A DNA stretch of 62,249 bases, the filler included, from Sluysia triapertura (lineage: Eukaryota): assembly GCA_046118255.1 (NCBI GenBank). It is 5 parts of 5 records of this genome, joined end to end, with 100 filler letters (N's around TTAATTAATTAA, not from the genome) between each part and the next. Parts side by side here need not be neighbours in the genome. Positions count along the whole stretch, not along the records: positions 1 to 11,464 come from JBJNIA010184446.1; positions 11,565 to 26,874 come from JBJNIA010231676.1; 3 more parts are not named here. One strand, written 5' to 3'. The position numbers and the translations under genes are program-made. The notes below the pieces were generated by a model, which saw nothing but the letters and a program-made list of their open reading frames with translations, was not told the DNA's origin and searched no databases. Positions 1-12,346 of this stretch are shown one piece after another. How positions within the stretch are numbered: position 1 is the stretch's first letter; each line of letters begins with the position of its first letter.

Positions 1-314
1 CGTATTAAAAGTACATATGCTATATTAAATATTTATACTTTTGTTTATTCGTTTAATTTTTATGTAAATGGATTGTCCTTAATACATTTTGTTGTTTGTT
101 ATATCAATTTGTTTAATCTCGCCATGTTTTCGCGTGTAGTAAATATTTGTTTATTTGTAATAAATCTGGGCCTTAAGTCCTTTTTAACAATTAATAGTAA
201 AATAAAAAAAATAATTTTATTTTGATCATTGTTGAATCGTTTAAAATAGAAATATGTAAGTTAATACTATTAAATTTGCCCTCAACACTTTACCTTAAGT
301 GACATATAGCATAA

Positions 315-366
315 AAAATCCAACGGCTGGCCCTAACAGGTAAGTCCAAGTACGCTGGTGAACTCA
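315..366 (+). repeat. GC-rich 52-bp dispersed motif, copy 1
   Basis: AAAATCCAACGGCTGGCCCTAACAGGTAAGTCCAAGTACGCTGGTGAACTCA; near-identical reverse complement at 24713-24763. Confidence 0.8.
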
Positions 367-2969
367 AGCTTTTAATCTTTATTCTACTACACTTTTAAAA
401 ATATTTTAAATCAGTGGATAAAATGTGTATATTTTCAAAATTTTATTTTATTTTTATATTTAATTTAGATTTTTGTTATTTTATTTTAATTCAACAGTTA
501 AATGGAAGAATTAACTTTGAATATTAATTTTATATTAAAAGATAAACCTCTTCGAAAATAATTAGTTGAAATGTTTTCTAACGAATTAGGAGAAACTAAA
601 TATTCTGTAAGTTGAAATATCAGTAATTAAGATGTTTTCTAATGAATTGTGACGAAATAAATTTTAGTACATTATAAGATTAATAATTAAATTGTTTTGT
701 AATGAATATATTTGAAAAAATGTAAGACTAAATATTCTTGATTTAAATATAAACGACAATTTCAATTTAAAAGACTGGATCACAAATATGTCCCTTTCTT
801 ATGCACTTACAAGTCATACAACGCTTAAAATTTAACTATTTTATTTTCATATATGATAGAAACATACGATAGAACCTTTCAATGTGAAAGCTAATTCTTA
901 AACAGTCTTGTCATTCCACATCCAACTAACCATATAACCATCCAGAATGGAGTCAGCCATTACTTGATCACAACTTTAGGTCACTAGCATACTAAAACAG
1001 CAAATAAATTGCAAATATCATTTATAGTAAATAATTTTATTTATAAGAAAGCGAAATAGTCTTTAAGTGTAAGTTAAAGTGTCTGTGATAATAAATAACA
1101 TAAATAATTAAATAGATATCTACTACAGAAACCAGTTTTGTTTTTAGATTTAATTATAGTAATTATTTAATATTATTTTGAAATACTACGAATATGGATA
1201 TTGAAATTCATTAGATAAATATGTTTATACATTGTTAATAATAATTATACATTATTCTAAACATCATTAATTTTGTTTTGTTTGTTTTTAAATAATTTAA
1301 ATACATAAGTCATACTAAATATTAATAAAAAGCATTTACTTATTTATTATTGTTTTTTGATTAATCATGTATTTTTGTAATATTTTTCTATAAAATGTCT
1401 ATAGTAAATGTTTTTTAATGGAATATTTAAAAAAAATTTATAGTGATACCACAGTATATCATATTCATATTTGTAACAGATTTATTTCTTGATTTGGATT
1501 TTGAAATACCAATTTTATATTTATTAATTAATAAATTATATAATTATTGCAAAATCTTTGTACATTTATTGTAACTAAAAATATAATAATAAAAATAATA
1601 ATAATTTATTTTGTATTTTATTTTATTATTGCTTTATAAACTTCTTCAGATCTTGAACTTCTACGAATAGTGAAAAAATAGTAAAAATAATATTTATACA
1701 AATGCCTCTTTCTCAAGAAATCACTAATTTTTTTATTTAATAAATACTAAATAAATATACATTAAACTTACAGTAGTTTTATAAATTAAAATCTATTTAA
1801 AATGTGAAATGATGTTAGATTTAATTGTAATTTCGTTATTATGCAACAGAAATAAGGTCTATAATCAATTAAACAATTGTCGTTAGAGTAACTGTAATTT
1901 GTATCTATGATTTAAGATTTTAGAATTGACATTGATGTTGTTAATTCCTGTTTCATGTTCACGAAAGAGTTCTTAACTTTCAAAAAATTTCAGACAAACA
2001 AGCATCACAAAGGGATCTATGTTTTAGAATTATTCTTTTATAACCACTGCTTTAATTATATTGATTTAATTATACTTGAACTTATACATAAAGAAAAATT
2101 ATTCTTAAACTTTACCTTATTATTGAAGTCATCACTTGTCTTATCATACTCTTAACCTTTAAACTTTGCCTCAAGTTTATTTTAACCTCAATACTTAATT
2201 TTACCGAGTTGAGAGAGTTTATTTCAATTCACATTCTACATTTGTATTTATTACAAGTTATGATTACGTTTAATTGCTCAATTTAATATCGGGTGCCACA
2301 CTTTTAATTTTGTGGCAACTGAGTTAAGTTCTAACATGAAGACAAACATAAAATAACACATGACTCTGATAATTAAAAAATACAAAAATTTTATCAAGAT
2401 AAATTGTAAGAAACACAGGAAACTAAAGGATTGGTGTACGAAATTGTCAAATCTTCAACGTATAGATATTGACTCGACTAAATTGAACTTCATGACCATG
2501 AAGGAATCTTTTAACAGGAACTGGACACGCATTCTTTCATTCCATGGATTTGAGAAGGAATGTCAAATTACATCACTAAAATGTGAAAATTTTTATTTAT
2601 GCTTGTAAAAGTATAAGAAAGTGCTTTGGTAAATTTATTGTTGATTGCTGTTGAAAATGTTTCCATAGTAACCGTGAAACCAAATAAATAAATTTGCACA
2701 ATATTCTTTCCTAGAACTAAAACTACAAGCCATCGAAGTTGAATGTTTAGTAAATCTTGTTTCTGTCTTTCAATTGTCCAAGGTCAATTATGTCAGCTCC
2801 AAATCGAATAAAAATAAGCAAAAATATAGGGAAATTTTCCTATCTTCTGGAATCTAAATCTCTCAAACTTTGAATAATCTTCACAATAACTCTTCGAATA
2901 TCTAGCACTACAAGTCAATCAACTAACATTACTATTTTTTCTATGGATTTCATCGTATTTTTTGTAAAT

Positions 2970-3650
2970 TGACTAAAAGTAGCACTTCGGTGTAGCAACA
3001 GTACACCAGTACAATAGGTGCTAGCCTTGTCAAGGGTGTGATACCTAGTATTAGTTGATGCAATTCTCATTGTATTGATTTGTCCATTTCTGATTCAATT
3101 TGACGATTAATCTCTTTTACTTCTTCGTTGTTTTAATTTCTTTCTTTCATTTTATACGATTTTCGCATGAATTACATATAAATTAAAATCTAAAGGTGAA
3201 ATGTACAATAGAGAATGTACGATTGTAATGTGCGTTCTTCACACCCATTTTTGCAATGTAGAGGTTTTGTAAACGAACAGTTTGTGTGCCTTTAAATCTG
3301 ATGATGCAGAGTGGTTGAGGATAGATAAGTTGAAATTGTAAAGGTTGGATTGGTAAAGATGACTTGGTTTGAAAAGATCTGTGCGTTTGAATAACAAATA
3401 CTTTGTGTCATGTAGTGTAGTAAGATTTCTATTTCCACAGTACTGTAAAGGTCATAATGAACAGTGGCAAATGTTACATAGAATATCATAAATATACTTC
3501 GATTAATCGATGTCAAAATCTGGTTTGAATAAATGAAAATAATGTGAACAGACTTGGAGTCGCATCTATCATTGGTTGTGGGTGAAAGATTCGACGAGTA
3601 TAGATCTTTCGTAAAGTGACTTCCTAAAGCTGTTTTTGTAATCTTTAAAC
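2970..3650 (-). pseudogene. ZNFX1-like SF1 helicase relic, locus 1, motif III-V segment
   Basis: KSLYER (~3605-3622), Q..MRLQV (~3552-3575), SINRSIFMI, VEIEILLHY and STLQK/GCEE/ITIVHSL correspond to SLFER, QHRM.P.I and TVD.FQGEE.DIII.SL. Confidence 0.5.
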
Positions 3651-6479
3651 AATTGTATTAAATATGTATATATAGACTCTAACTTTACTTTATTCGATCA
3701 TACTGTGACTATTAAAAGTACTACTTCTTATATAAGTAACTGTTGTGTATTGGACTAATTTTAAAAGAACTCGATGAGTCGATTGCCTTTTTCAAATAAT
3801 AGCTGTTCTAATAATGTGGTCTCCATTCGAATTTCGATCAAGTATATATTGTATCCTTTTTCTTTTTCGTAAAATGTTGTTAAACTGTATTTATAAAATG
3901 TTTGAAAACCGCCACTACAAAATAACAAGTCGAAAATATAAAATGATGGTAACGAACAGTAATTACAAAATTAGGGTAAATTTTGACATGTATATAGCAT
4001 ACATATATCTAATTTACATGTCATTGGCAGCATATCGATTCAAGTTAAGCACAGACTGGAGGCCTTTATTACTATAATAAACTTTATTTCATTTATTTTA
4101 AAATCTGTTTAACATGATATGTACATAAATTTACATAGATTCTAATTAATTTATATAATAATACTAGTAATCTTAGTATATAAAGCTTTTAATGTTTCTA
4201 GAACTTTTGGTTAATTCTTATTCTGTCTTTGTTGCATTTGTTTATATATCTTATTTTTATATCTTCCTTACATGAATCCGAAAAGTTTAAATGTTAAAAT
4301 AAAATGAAAATCTAATTGAAATATTATAACAATTTCTTTAGAGGATTTATTTAATACTTTGATGTTGATTTCTTGCACTTAAATGATTATCCAAGATTTT
4401 TGTTCCGATTGTTGTACAATAGTTTTGTTTTAACAAGATTTGCACTATTTATTTCTGTAATATCTGTTTAAAATCGGTTGTGATTTGAACTTATTCATCA
4501 TTGTAGTGAACTCCAGATCAACAAACATCAACACAAATCAACACTTCATTTATAAACAAATTATTCAATACATACAAAATATAAACACAGTCGTAATAAA
4601 TTATAATTGCTATAATTTTATAATTATCATCATAACTATTATCGTAATAATAATAACTATTGTCGTAATAATTTTAAATTATTCTAATTTTATGGTTGTT
4701 GTTATTGTAATTATCGTGTATGTATGTTTGTCTTCATGCATATATTTTTATGCTACTTCTACTTATACATGTTTCACTACATTATTCAAATTTTTTAAGA
4801 TAAATCATTTATTCATTAAAATACTTCTAAAACATAAAGAACCTAAGTAAAAAATTATGATTTTACTAAAAGAATACTTGTATGCTAAATTTCTTTAAAT
4901 TCACTGTTTTAATTTATAGTCGTCCATTTATTCTTTCTTTCATGTATTTCACTATATTATCATGACAGAATAAGTTTAACCAATTTCCTGTTTATTTCGT
5001 ATATTTATGGGGTAACTAAAACTGATAAGAGCATAAAATCCCGTACATATAAGGACCAAAACAATTAAACGAAACAATAAGTGTAATCTTCATAATATTT
5101 ATAAAATGACGTCGGAAATGTTTGTATACACTACTTTTGTTATTATTTAATATTACATTGTATGTTTTATTACTCTGTTTGTCTAGTTTTAGTTGTTTTT
5201 CTATTAGAAAAAAATTATTTTGTCTTCGCATTTTCACTAATAAAATAAAGCCCGTTTTCGACCACACACTTGAGAAATAAATAAACAAGTAAGAGGTTGA
5301 AGCGTGGATGTTACAATTATCTGTTTGAGTTCTATGCAAACGTTTTGTTTTGTATGATATACTTGAGTAATTTTACGTTGTTAGTTTTATTAATTACTTT
5401 TATTCAATGCTTAGTTTATATTTTTATATAATGTTAGTTTATGTCGCACAATTCTTAAGCCAAAGTACAATATATTTTCTTCCCTTTTCATGTATAATTA
5501 ATTGTTTAGTCCTACCTTTAATTATGTTAACCGCATACAACTTATTTAGCAAACTTTGTTTTTTCAATTTAACACATGTAAAACTTTATTCATATGATCA
5601 CTATATGATCACTATTAGTTCTTGACTAAAATGATTATAATGTGTGATATCGTTGAATTGTTAATTGTGCTTAATTTTTTATCACCTCATGTTGCAAATG
5701 CTAATTGCAGTTTATTGAGAATATTAACTTCAAATTATGCTACAAATAGTAAATTCTACATAATGTCACTTTAAACTAAGTTTATTACGATTTATTTTAG
5801 ACGTTTTAATTTTTTGTTATTTAATACAATGTTCGTCATTTTGAATTTTTTTGCTTTGTTTATGTTAAAATTTATCAGTTAATTTTAAGGCCTTGAGCCA
5901 ATGTTTAACTTTCCCAATAATATATTAGAATTTTGTTTGAAATTTTAATTATCAAAAAAAGATAAAAAATTTAATTGTATTTTTAAAATAACTCATGATT
6001 TAACTAGTTGTATTCAAGGCCTTAAGCTTATATTAAACTTTAATAATTTTAAGTTTAAAACCATAAATCACTCAAAACTCACTGCAATCACGCTTGTTGT
6101 TAAAAGGTGTGTTTTCGTTAGAACTATGGTTTCTTGAATTACGAATCAAATATTCTTTGAGGACGAAAAATTTTAAGAGCCGTGTATTAAGGAAGTGCAA
6201 AATAAGTTAGTTTTAAAGGTATAATGGTAAATTGAATTATGTTTTGTGATGAATGCTTTGTGTAATTTTTTGATGAGTGTTTCATGGGTTAAAAAGTGTT
6301 TATGTTACACTGTACAACTTTTTGTATGTACCATTAGGATTTTAAGTATAATCTTTTCTTTGTTTCATTATGTAATTTCTTTCTACTGGATCTTTCGCAT
6401 AACTAAAACATATTATCTGATATTTGAGTATCAGATATAAATCTCTGGAATGGTAAAATGGCGGAATGGTTAAGGATAA

Positions 6480-7260
6480 TCGCTTAATGTTAAATAGTTT
6501 CATTTATAAATGTTTAAAGGGATAATGTCATGAACTATGTGAATGTTTAAATCTAATATTACTTTAATTCTACTGTCGTTTAAATATTGGATTGATTGAA
6601 TATCCTCTTTACATTTCCTGTGGTGGTCTTTATTTGCTTGACTGATTTTATCGAATTCTAACATGGATTGCAATAGATTTTGGATGCGATGGATATGATC
6701 TTGTAATAATAATGTATTGTTGTTGATCAAGAGAAAGAAAATACTTACAAAAAATTCCAAATTTAATGCATTTACCTGACTGAAAAGATTTGAACTCACA
6801 ATCATTGTTTTTACCATCAAATTTAACAATATGATGTACGACAATATGAAGGGGAATTTTGTTGAAGAGAACATAGTACTAGATTTTCTAAATATATTTA
6901 TATTTTCATCAGAAATTGGAAACAGTAATTCTCTTAAATATAGGTTGATTTCCACCATTTTAAAACAACTAATAGAGTCAATTGAAGAAACCATTTTATT
7001 GATGACTCTAGGCGACTGTCCTGTAAAGTTTTAGATTAAGATTAGCATAGATTTCTCTTGGTTATCATTATTACTTTGTTTATTTAAAGAAATACTGTCT
7101 ATAAAAATACCTTCTAGATCTAAAGCAGATTGGCCAATGTCGTGTGCAGTAATGTATCTAACTTGTCTGTAAACATTGTTGCAACTTTGAATAATAGTAT
7201 TTTGTGTAATTGAACCAACATGATGAAATTTTGACATCGAGATTAATGTTGTTGGCACTA
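6480..7260 (-). pseudogene. ZNFX1-like SF1 helicase relic, locus 1, pre-helicase to Walker A segment
   Basis: VYRQVRYI, FKMVEINLY, FPFILSYII and a frameshifted GPPGxGK-like stretch (AAAGACCACCACAGGAAATGTAAA, ~6608-6631) in ZNFX1 order. Confidence 0.5.
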
Positions 7261-8886
7261 GTACTCATGAAACTGTAAATATTTAGAACATCTAATTTAA
7301 TGTAAATAATTTTTCAATTTAATGTAAATAATTTTTAAAACTTATAAAAATGTTAATTAAAAAATTGTAAATAATTAATTAATACTTAATATTGAACAAT
7401 TCGAAAATTTTTAATTAATATTGAACCTTAAACTTTAAACGAACTTAAATATTTATATAAATCATTTAAATCCAATTTAAATATTTACGTTTTAAATCGG
7501 AAATGCAATACTTAAATATGTATATTTTGAAAATAAATATTTATTAAACTTCAAAAACGAATAGTGTACATATTGTCGGAAACAAATAAAGTATAAATAA
7601 CACATCTCAATACTACAATTTTACAAGTGAAACGCACAAGTTAAAAAGCTCAAGTTAAACGCACAGGTTGAAAACGCACGATCAAGGAGTTTAACGATTA
7701 CAGAAGCTACCAGATCTCTATTTGAAAAAGGAATTTTAACTAAAAAGAAAAGTTGAATTGATTAGCCAGGGAGAATTGAAAATTTATATCTATTTGGAAC
7801 GATCCTGAATATTATTGGAACTATATTTGATGAATTTAATGTTTTCCAAAAATAAGTATGCTATTTATTTTAGGTTATTCGCAATAATATTTGCGTCAAT
7901 ATTCACTTAAATCTCTTCATTTATTATACCCGAAGATTACCTCTGGGTTAAATTAATCTTAAATTATCATTTGTGTTATGTAAATTTTTTTTGTTGTATA
8001 TTTATATATATTATTTTAATTTTGTTTATTTTGTTTAGATCTGTTGAAATAATAAATTTTCTTATAGTTGTTATAAAGTTTTCCTTCTAGATTTAAAAAG
8101 TTTATAAAGTAAAGTAAAAAGATAAAATCAATAAGAATTTGATAATTAAATAGGGAATTAAGAGTTTAAATTAATTAAGACTTTCATTACTCTAAGAGCA
8201 TTCACGCAGTAATTTTTTGGAGGCCTTCATAGAAAAGAATTAACTAACGCGTGAGATTATCTGGTATATTATTAAGTGTGAGAAAAATAATTTTGAAGTA
8301 TAGAGACCCTCTTTATTAATTTCTGTTTACGTCGACTAAATCCTACGAACGCGTCCTTTTTAAGATAAACCGCATTACGTAGGCGAACCCATTCTTTTTC
8401 AACTTTCATAATTGTTTAAGCTAAGAAAGCGAACAAAACATTACACTTTAAAATATGCATCATGCAAGGTCTTTCCGATAATATAATTTGTGGTCGAAAT
8501 CTAAGTTTCTTATAAGAAAAGAAATTGACACCATTGGAAATTGTTATCAGATTTTGATATTGATTTGTAACCCATACTTCATCCATACACTTTGATGATA
8601 TTTTGAACATATAATGTTTACCCAAACCAACTGTCTAATTAATGAGAATCTCTAAAATATTCGGCTGTAAAGTAATAACAATAATCGTTTTATCTTTATA
8701 ATAACTAAGTCGAAACTATTGAATATTTATAATAATTAAAAACCTCCCAACTTGTATATTATAATAAAAAATTCTCTTTCTTACTTTTCTTGTTCAAATA
8801 ATTTTTGTTTAATTTGTAATTTGCTAACGTAGTATCGATATTAGTGTAGATGAAAAATGCTGATGACGATGCCGGACACTCAGCAA

Positions 8887-8955
8887 CTGTCAACAGTCGA
8901 CAGTGTATACTATATTTTGATTTAGTTAAATTGAATTACTGTCGACTGGTGACAG
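8887..8955. repeat. Inverted repeat hairpin (18-bp arms, 1 mismatch)
   Basis: CTGTCAACAGTCGACAGT ... ACTGTCGACTGGTGACAG. Confidence 0.85.
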
Positions 8956-10010
8956 ATTATACCACTAAAATGGTCCTAGTTACTAAAATGGTAAGAACAA
9001 TGTATTTATAATAGTAATTAATTGATTAAAAGTAATAATAATAATCATTATAATAAAATAGTTATTTACAATAAAATAGTAATAATAATAAAATGTTTAC
9101 AAAGAAATAATAAAATAAAAATTAAATATGCATAAATTCTTCTTGATATTTTACACGAACTTTCTTTCATTTGAAAAATTACAAAATATTTCTTTATATA
9201 AAATTAAATGAATTTAATTAAGATATAATTTGTAGATTTAAAATACCAAAAATGATTAAAAGATGTAAATATTTAAGTGTAAAAGAATTTAGAACTTGAA
9301 ATGTTGTGAGTTAATTTTAAGATATATTTGCTTATTTAAGGTGTAAGTTGTGATTCTAATGTTGTGAGATAAAGAACAAAAAAATTTATATGAATTTTTA
9401 AATATACATTGATGTTATGGAATTTTATATTTAGAATGTTTGTAAGTATTAACAATTATGAAATATTCAGAAGAGTGATTTTGTTGTATTTAATGAAATA
9501 AAATTTATGAGTATTAGGTTGACCACAACATGAATAATTTTGTGAATTGATTGATTATAAAGTTTGTGAGACATCGAGTATATGAAGAACTATTAAATGA
9601 TTTAGGAATATGTGATTTGGATTGGGAATTTTCTTGAATATGTTATGAGTTAAAAATTCATTGTATGATAGTTATGTAATAAAATTAGATTAAAATTATG
9701 CAATAAGTTGAGCCACCGTATGTAAATATTTCCCCAATAAATTCCACGTATAGTCTGGTCCTCGTTTCCTCTTCTTTTGTAATAAAGAATGTGGAGGAAA
9801 AATAATGTCTCGATCATGCAAGATTTCTTTTCTTTTCTTCCTTTATTCTAATTATAAAGTAGTGTCATTTATTGCGTTTCCTTGGCTATATGTAATAAAA
9901 CTCTTGTAATAGAACTATTATTGTAGATTTTATTAAGAATGTTTCATTCTCTTTCTTTATTATTGTTTATTATAGTATATACGTACTGTAGGCATATGCA
10001 CATTATAGTG

Positions 10011-10222
10011 CACGGTTTCTCAACCGTAGAGTCGCATTAAATTTTTTATGGATCACGGACTCGCGGCCTAGCATAAATAATAAATTATAATGTAAATTTA
10101 AACTACATACAATAAAATTAATTTATACAATCAAAACGCTAATTAGCGCCTTTTTTATTTCTTGGCATTACTTTATGTAATAAAAAAATTGGGTCGTGTG
10201 GTAAAAAGGTTGAGAAACGCTG
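10011..10222. mobile_element. hAT (Charlie-type) MITE, 212 bp
   Basis: TIRs CACGGTTTCTCAACC / GGTTGAGAAACGCTG; imperfect 8-bp TSD TTATAGTG / CTATAGTA. Confidence 0.75.
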
Positions 10223-11464
10223 CTATAGTATATACATACTAATCTATTTGCATGCTATAGGTTTTCTATTATTTACTCGGTTACTACGGTGTCTCAATCG
10301 TTTTCCTTTTGTATATTAACATTCATTCAATATCTTTACATAGTCAATATTTCTTATATATACACATTCTTGGTTTTAATGCCTTTTATTATAATAATGT
10401 AGCATGTTTCAATATTAACTTATATCCTGTTTTCTGTAATTTCATGCTATTTTCATAAGTATATTGTTTATTTTTGATTTGAGGTTGTATATTTTTCAAT
10501 TCATTATTATTGTAATTTTAGAATATTTATTAATTCTAAAAATAATAATAATAATTTCAAAAATAAAATTTCTAATACAAGAAAAACATGTACAAAGCTT
10601 CATTATATAATATAAAAATTATTTCACGAAGTACAAAGTCTTTCACACCTTATGAATATAAAACTTTCTTTATTCTTCGAAATATTTCGAATTTCTACTT
10701 TCTCAAGAATTTCTTTAAGTCTTTGAACAACCAAAAGTCACTCATTACTGAATCAGAACGATATTGTGAATGCTTTGATTTATTTTTAATATTTACGATG
10801 AAAATAAGATCATGGAATATTTTTAGTTTAAGTTTCATTTTCTTCATTATTATCAATTGTATCACCAATATCTAACTATTCCCTACGTTTACATAATTTA
10901 TGATCGATTTGATCTTCAATCTTATTCACACTATTTTTAAAATCCTTAATTCATCGCTTAATAATTCCGTTGGATGAGCATTCATTTTGTGCAGAGTGTT
11001 TTATTCTTTAAATAATTCTTTTCCTTTTTACTTTTATCTATATTATTGAAGATTTCCTCTAAATAAAATGTAATATAAAAACAAACATATATAGAATAGA
11101 TTCACTATTTAATAAATATACAAAAAAAATCTATAAAGAATTAGCGCGAGATTTTAAATTATTTAATAAATATTTGTTTTAATAAATATTTTATTAATGA
11201 TTCATTCTAAGAATGTTTAAGTAATATTACTTGTTATTCAATTAATTAATAAATTAAATTTTATGTACCATTAATTAAAATAAAATTCAATTAATATAAA
11301 ATTTTCCTGTTTTTTTGTATCATACATTTTAACTATTAGAAATAAATAGTTTTTTTCGAAAAACAATATACTTTTTAAGTATGATTCTAAAATTGACTTG
11401 GTGAAATAAATATTGCAATCTATATATTCTATAAATTTTAATGGTAAAGCAACTATTTGCAATT

Positions 11465-11564
11465 NNNNNNNNNNNNNNNNNNNNNNNNNNNNNNNNNNNN
11501 NNNNNNNNTTAATTAATTAANNNNNNNNNNNNNNNNNNNNNNNNNNNNNNNNNNNNNNNNNNNN
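11465..11564. other. Assembly linker
   Basis: N44-TTAATTAATTAA-N44. Confidence 0.98.
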
Positions 11565-11587
11565 ACACAAAACATCGTCGACATTAC

Positions 11588-11628
<41 letters not shown>
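11588..11628. repeat. (AAT)n microsatellite
   Basis: About 13 perfect AAT units. Confidence 0.9.
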
Positions 11629-11630
<2 letters not shown>

Positions 11631-12248
11631 CTAGTATCTCTTAAAATACTTATACCTTAGCAAATATAGATTTTACGGGTTCGCTTGGAGTTAACAGTGT
11701 AAATCCAAGATTAACGTCTCAAAGATTAAGATACTATGTGTAAAATATTCTACTTACAAAGATACGTGTAAAGTTTCAATTGCAAAACTTACCTTAATCG
11801 AATTTATTTAGCTAATTATATTAATTTAATTATGACCTACGATACTATTCTTAGAGCTTAACGATTAATTCAATATTATTGAATAACTTGCAACAGTTAA
11901 CTTTTCTTAACTTTTATTCGATTAATTCAAATTAAATAACAAAAGACTCGTTATAAGAAGTTTTAGTGAATACAAATTGAGTAATAAAAAAATACAAACT
12001 TTTAACATATATAGATATACAAACAACAATTAAGATTTTTAAAAATTATAATTAAGATTATAAAAATTGTAATTTTAAAAATTATTTTAACTCTTGATTA
12101 ATCATAAAAATTATAAAAATTATAAAATATTTTAAGTGGATTTTAAATCTAATATAATAGATATGAACACTTAGGTACAAAAACTTACGTAAATTGGGAT
12201 ATAGGCCTAGGGTGCAATTTAGTGTAATGAATATAGTAATCTAAAAAT

Positions 12249-12346
12249 TGTTAGATGGGGCTGATAGCTCAGTGACAGAGCATCGAACTGCGCAGCGAAA
12301 GGTCCCGGGTTCGATCCCCGGTCAGTCCATTTTATGAAGTCTAACA
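12249..12346 (+). repeat. tRNA-Ala-like dispersed element, copy 1 (tRNA body 12258-12329)
   Basis: GGGCTGA/TCAGTCC-A acceptor stem, GCTC/GAGC D stem, CCGGG-TTCGATC-CCCGG T arm, TTTT directly after; poorly paired anticodon arm; TGTTAGA...TCTAACA ends. Confidence 0.85.

Noticed and set aside
4485-4850. 121-aa hydrophobic Ile-rich ORF
   Set aside because: Product of low-complexity ATA/ATT repeats; no family features.
6452-6477. GGTAAAATGGCGGAATGGTTAAGG, tRNA 5'-half-like (similar weak case near 59428)
   Set aside because: No B box or 3' half; cannot form a cloverleaf.
11465-11564. TTAATTAATTAA palindrome recurring four times inside N runs
   Set aside because: Identical 100-nt construct with stops in all six frames: an artificial contig linker, not biology.
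11716-11730. GTCTCAAAGATTAAG, identical to a conserved 18S rRNA 5' motif
   Set aside because: Only 15 nt match; the flanks do not continue rRNA sequence.
12258-12329. Canonical tRNA-Arg(GCG) or tRNA-Ala gene
   Set aside because: Anticodon stem does not pair in the standard register and position 37 would be C; shared flanks across four dispersed copies indicate a repeat.
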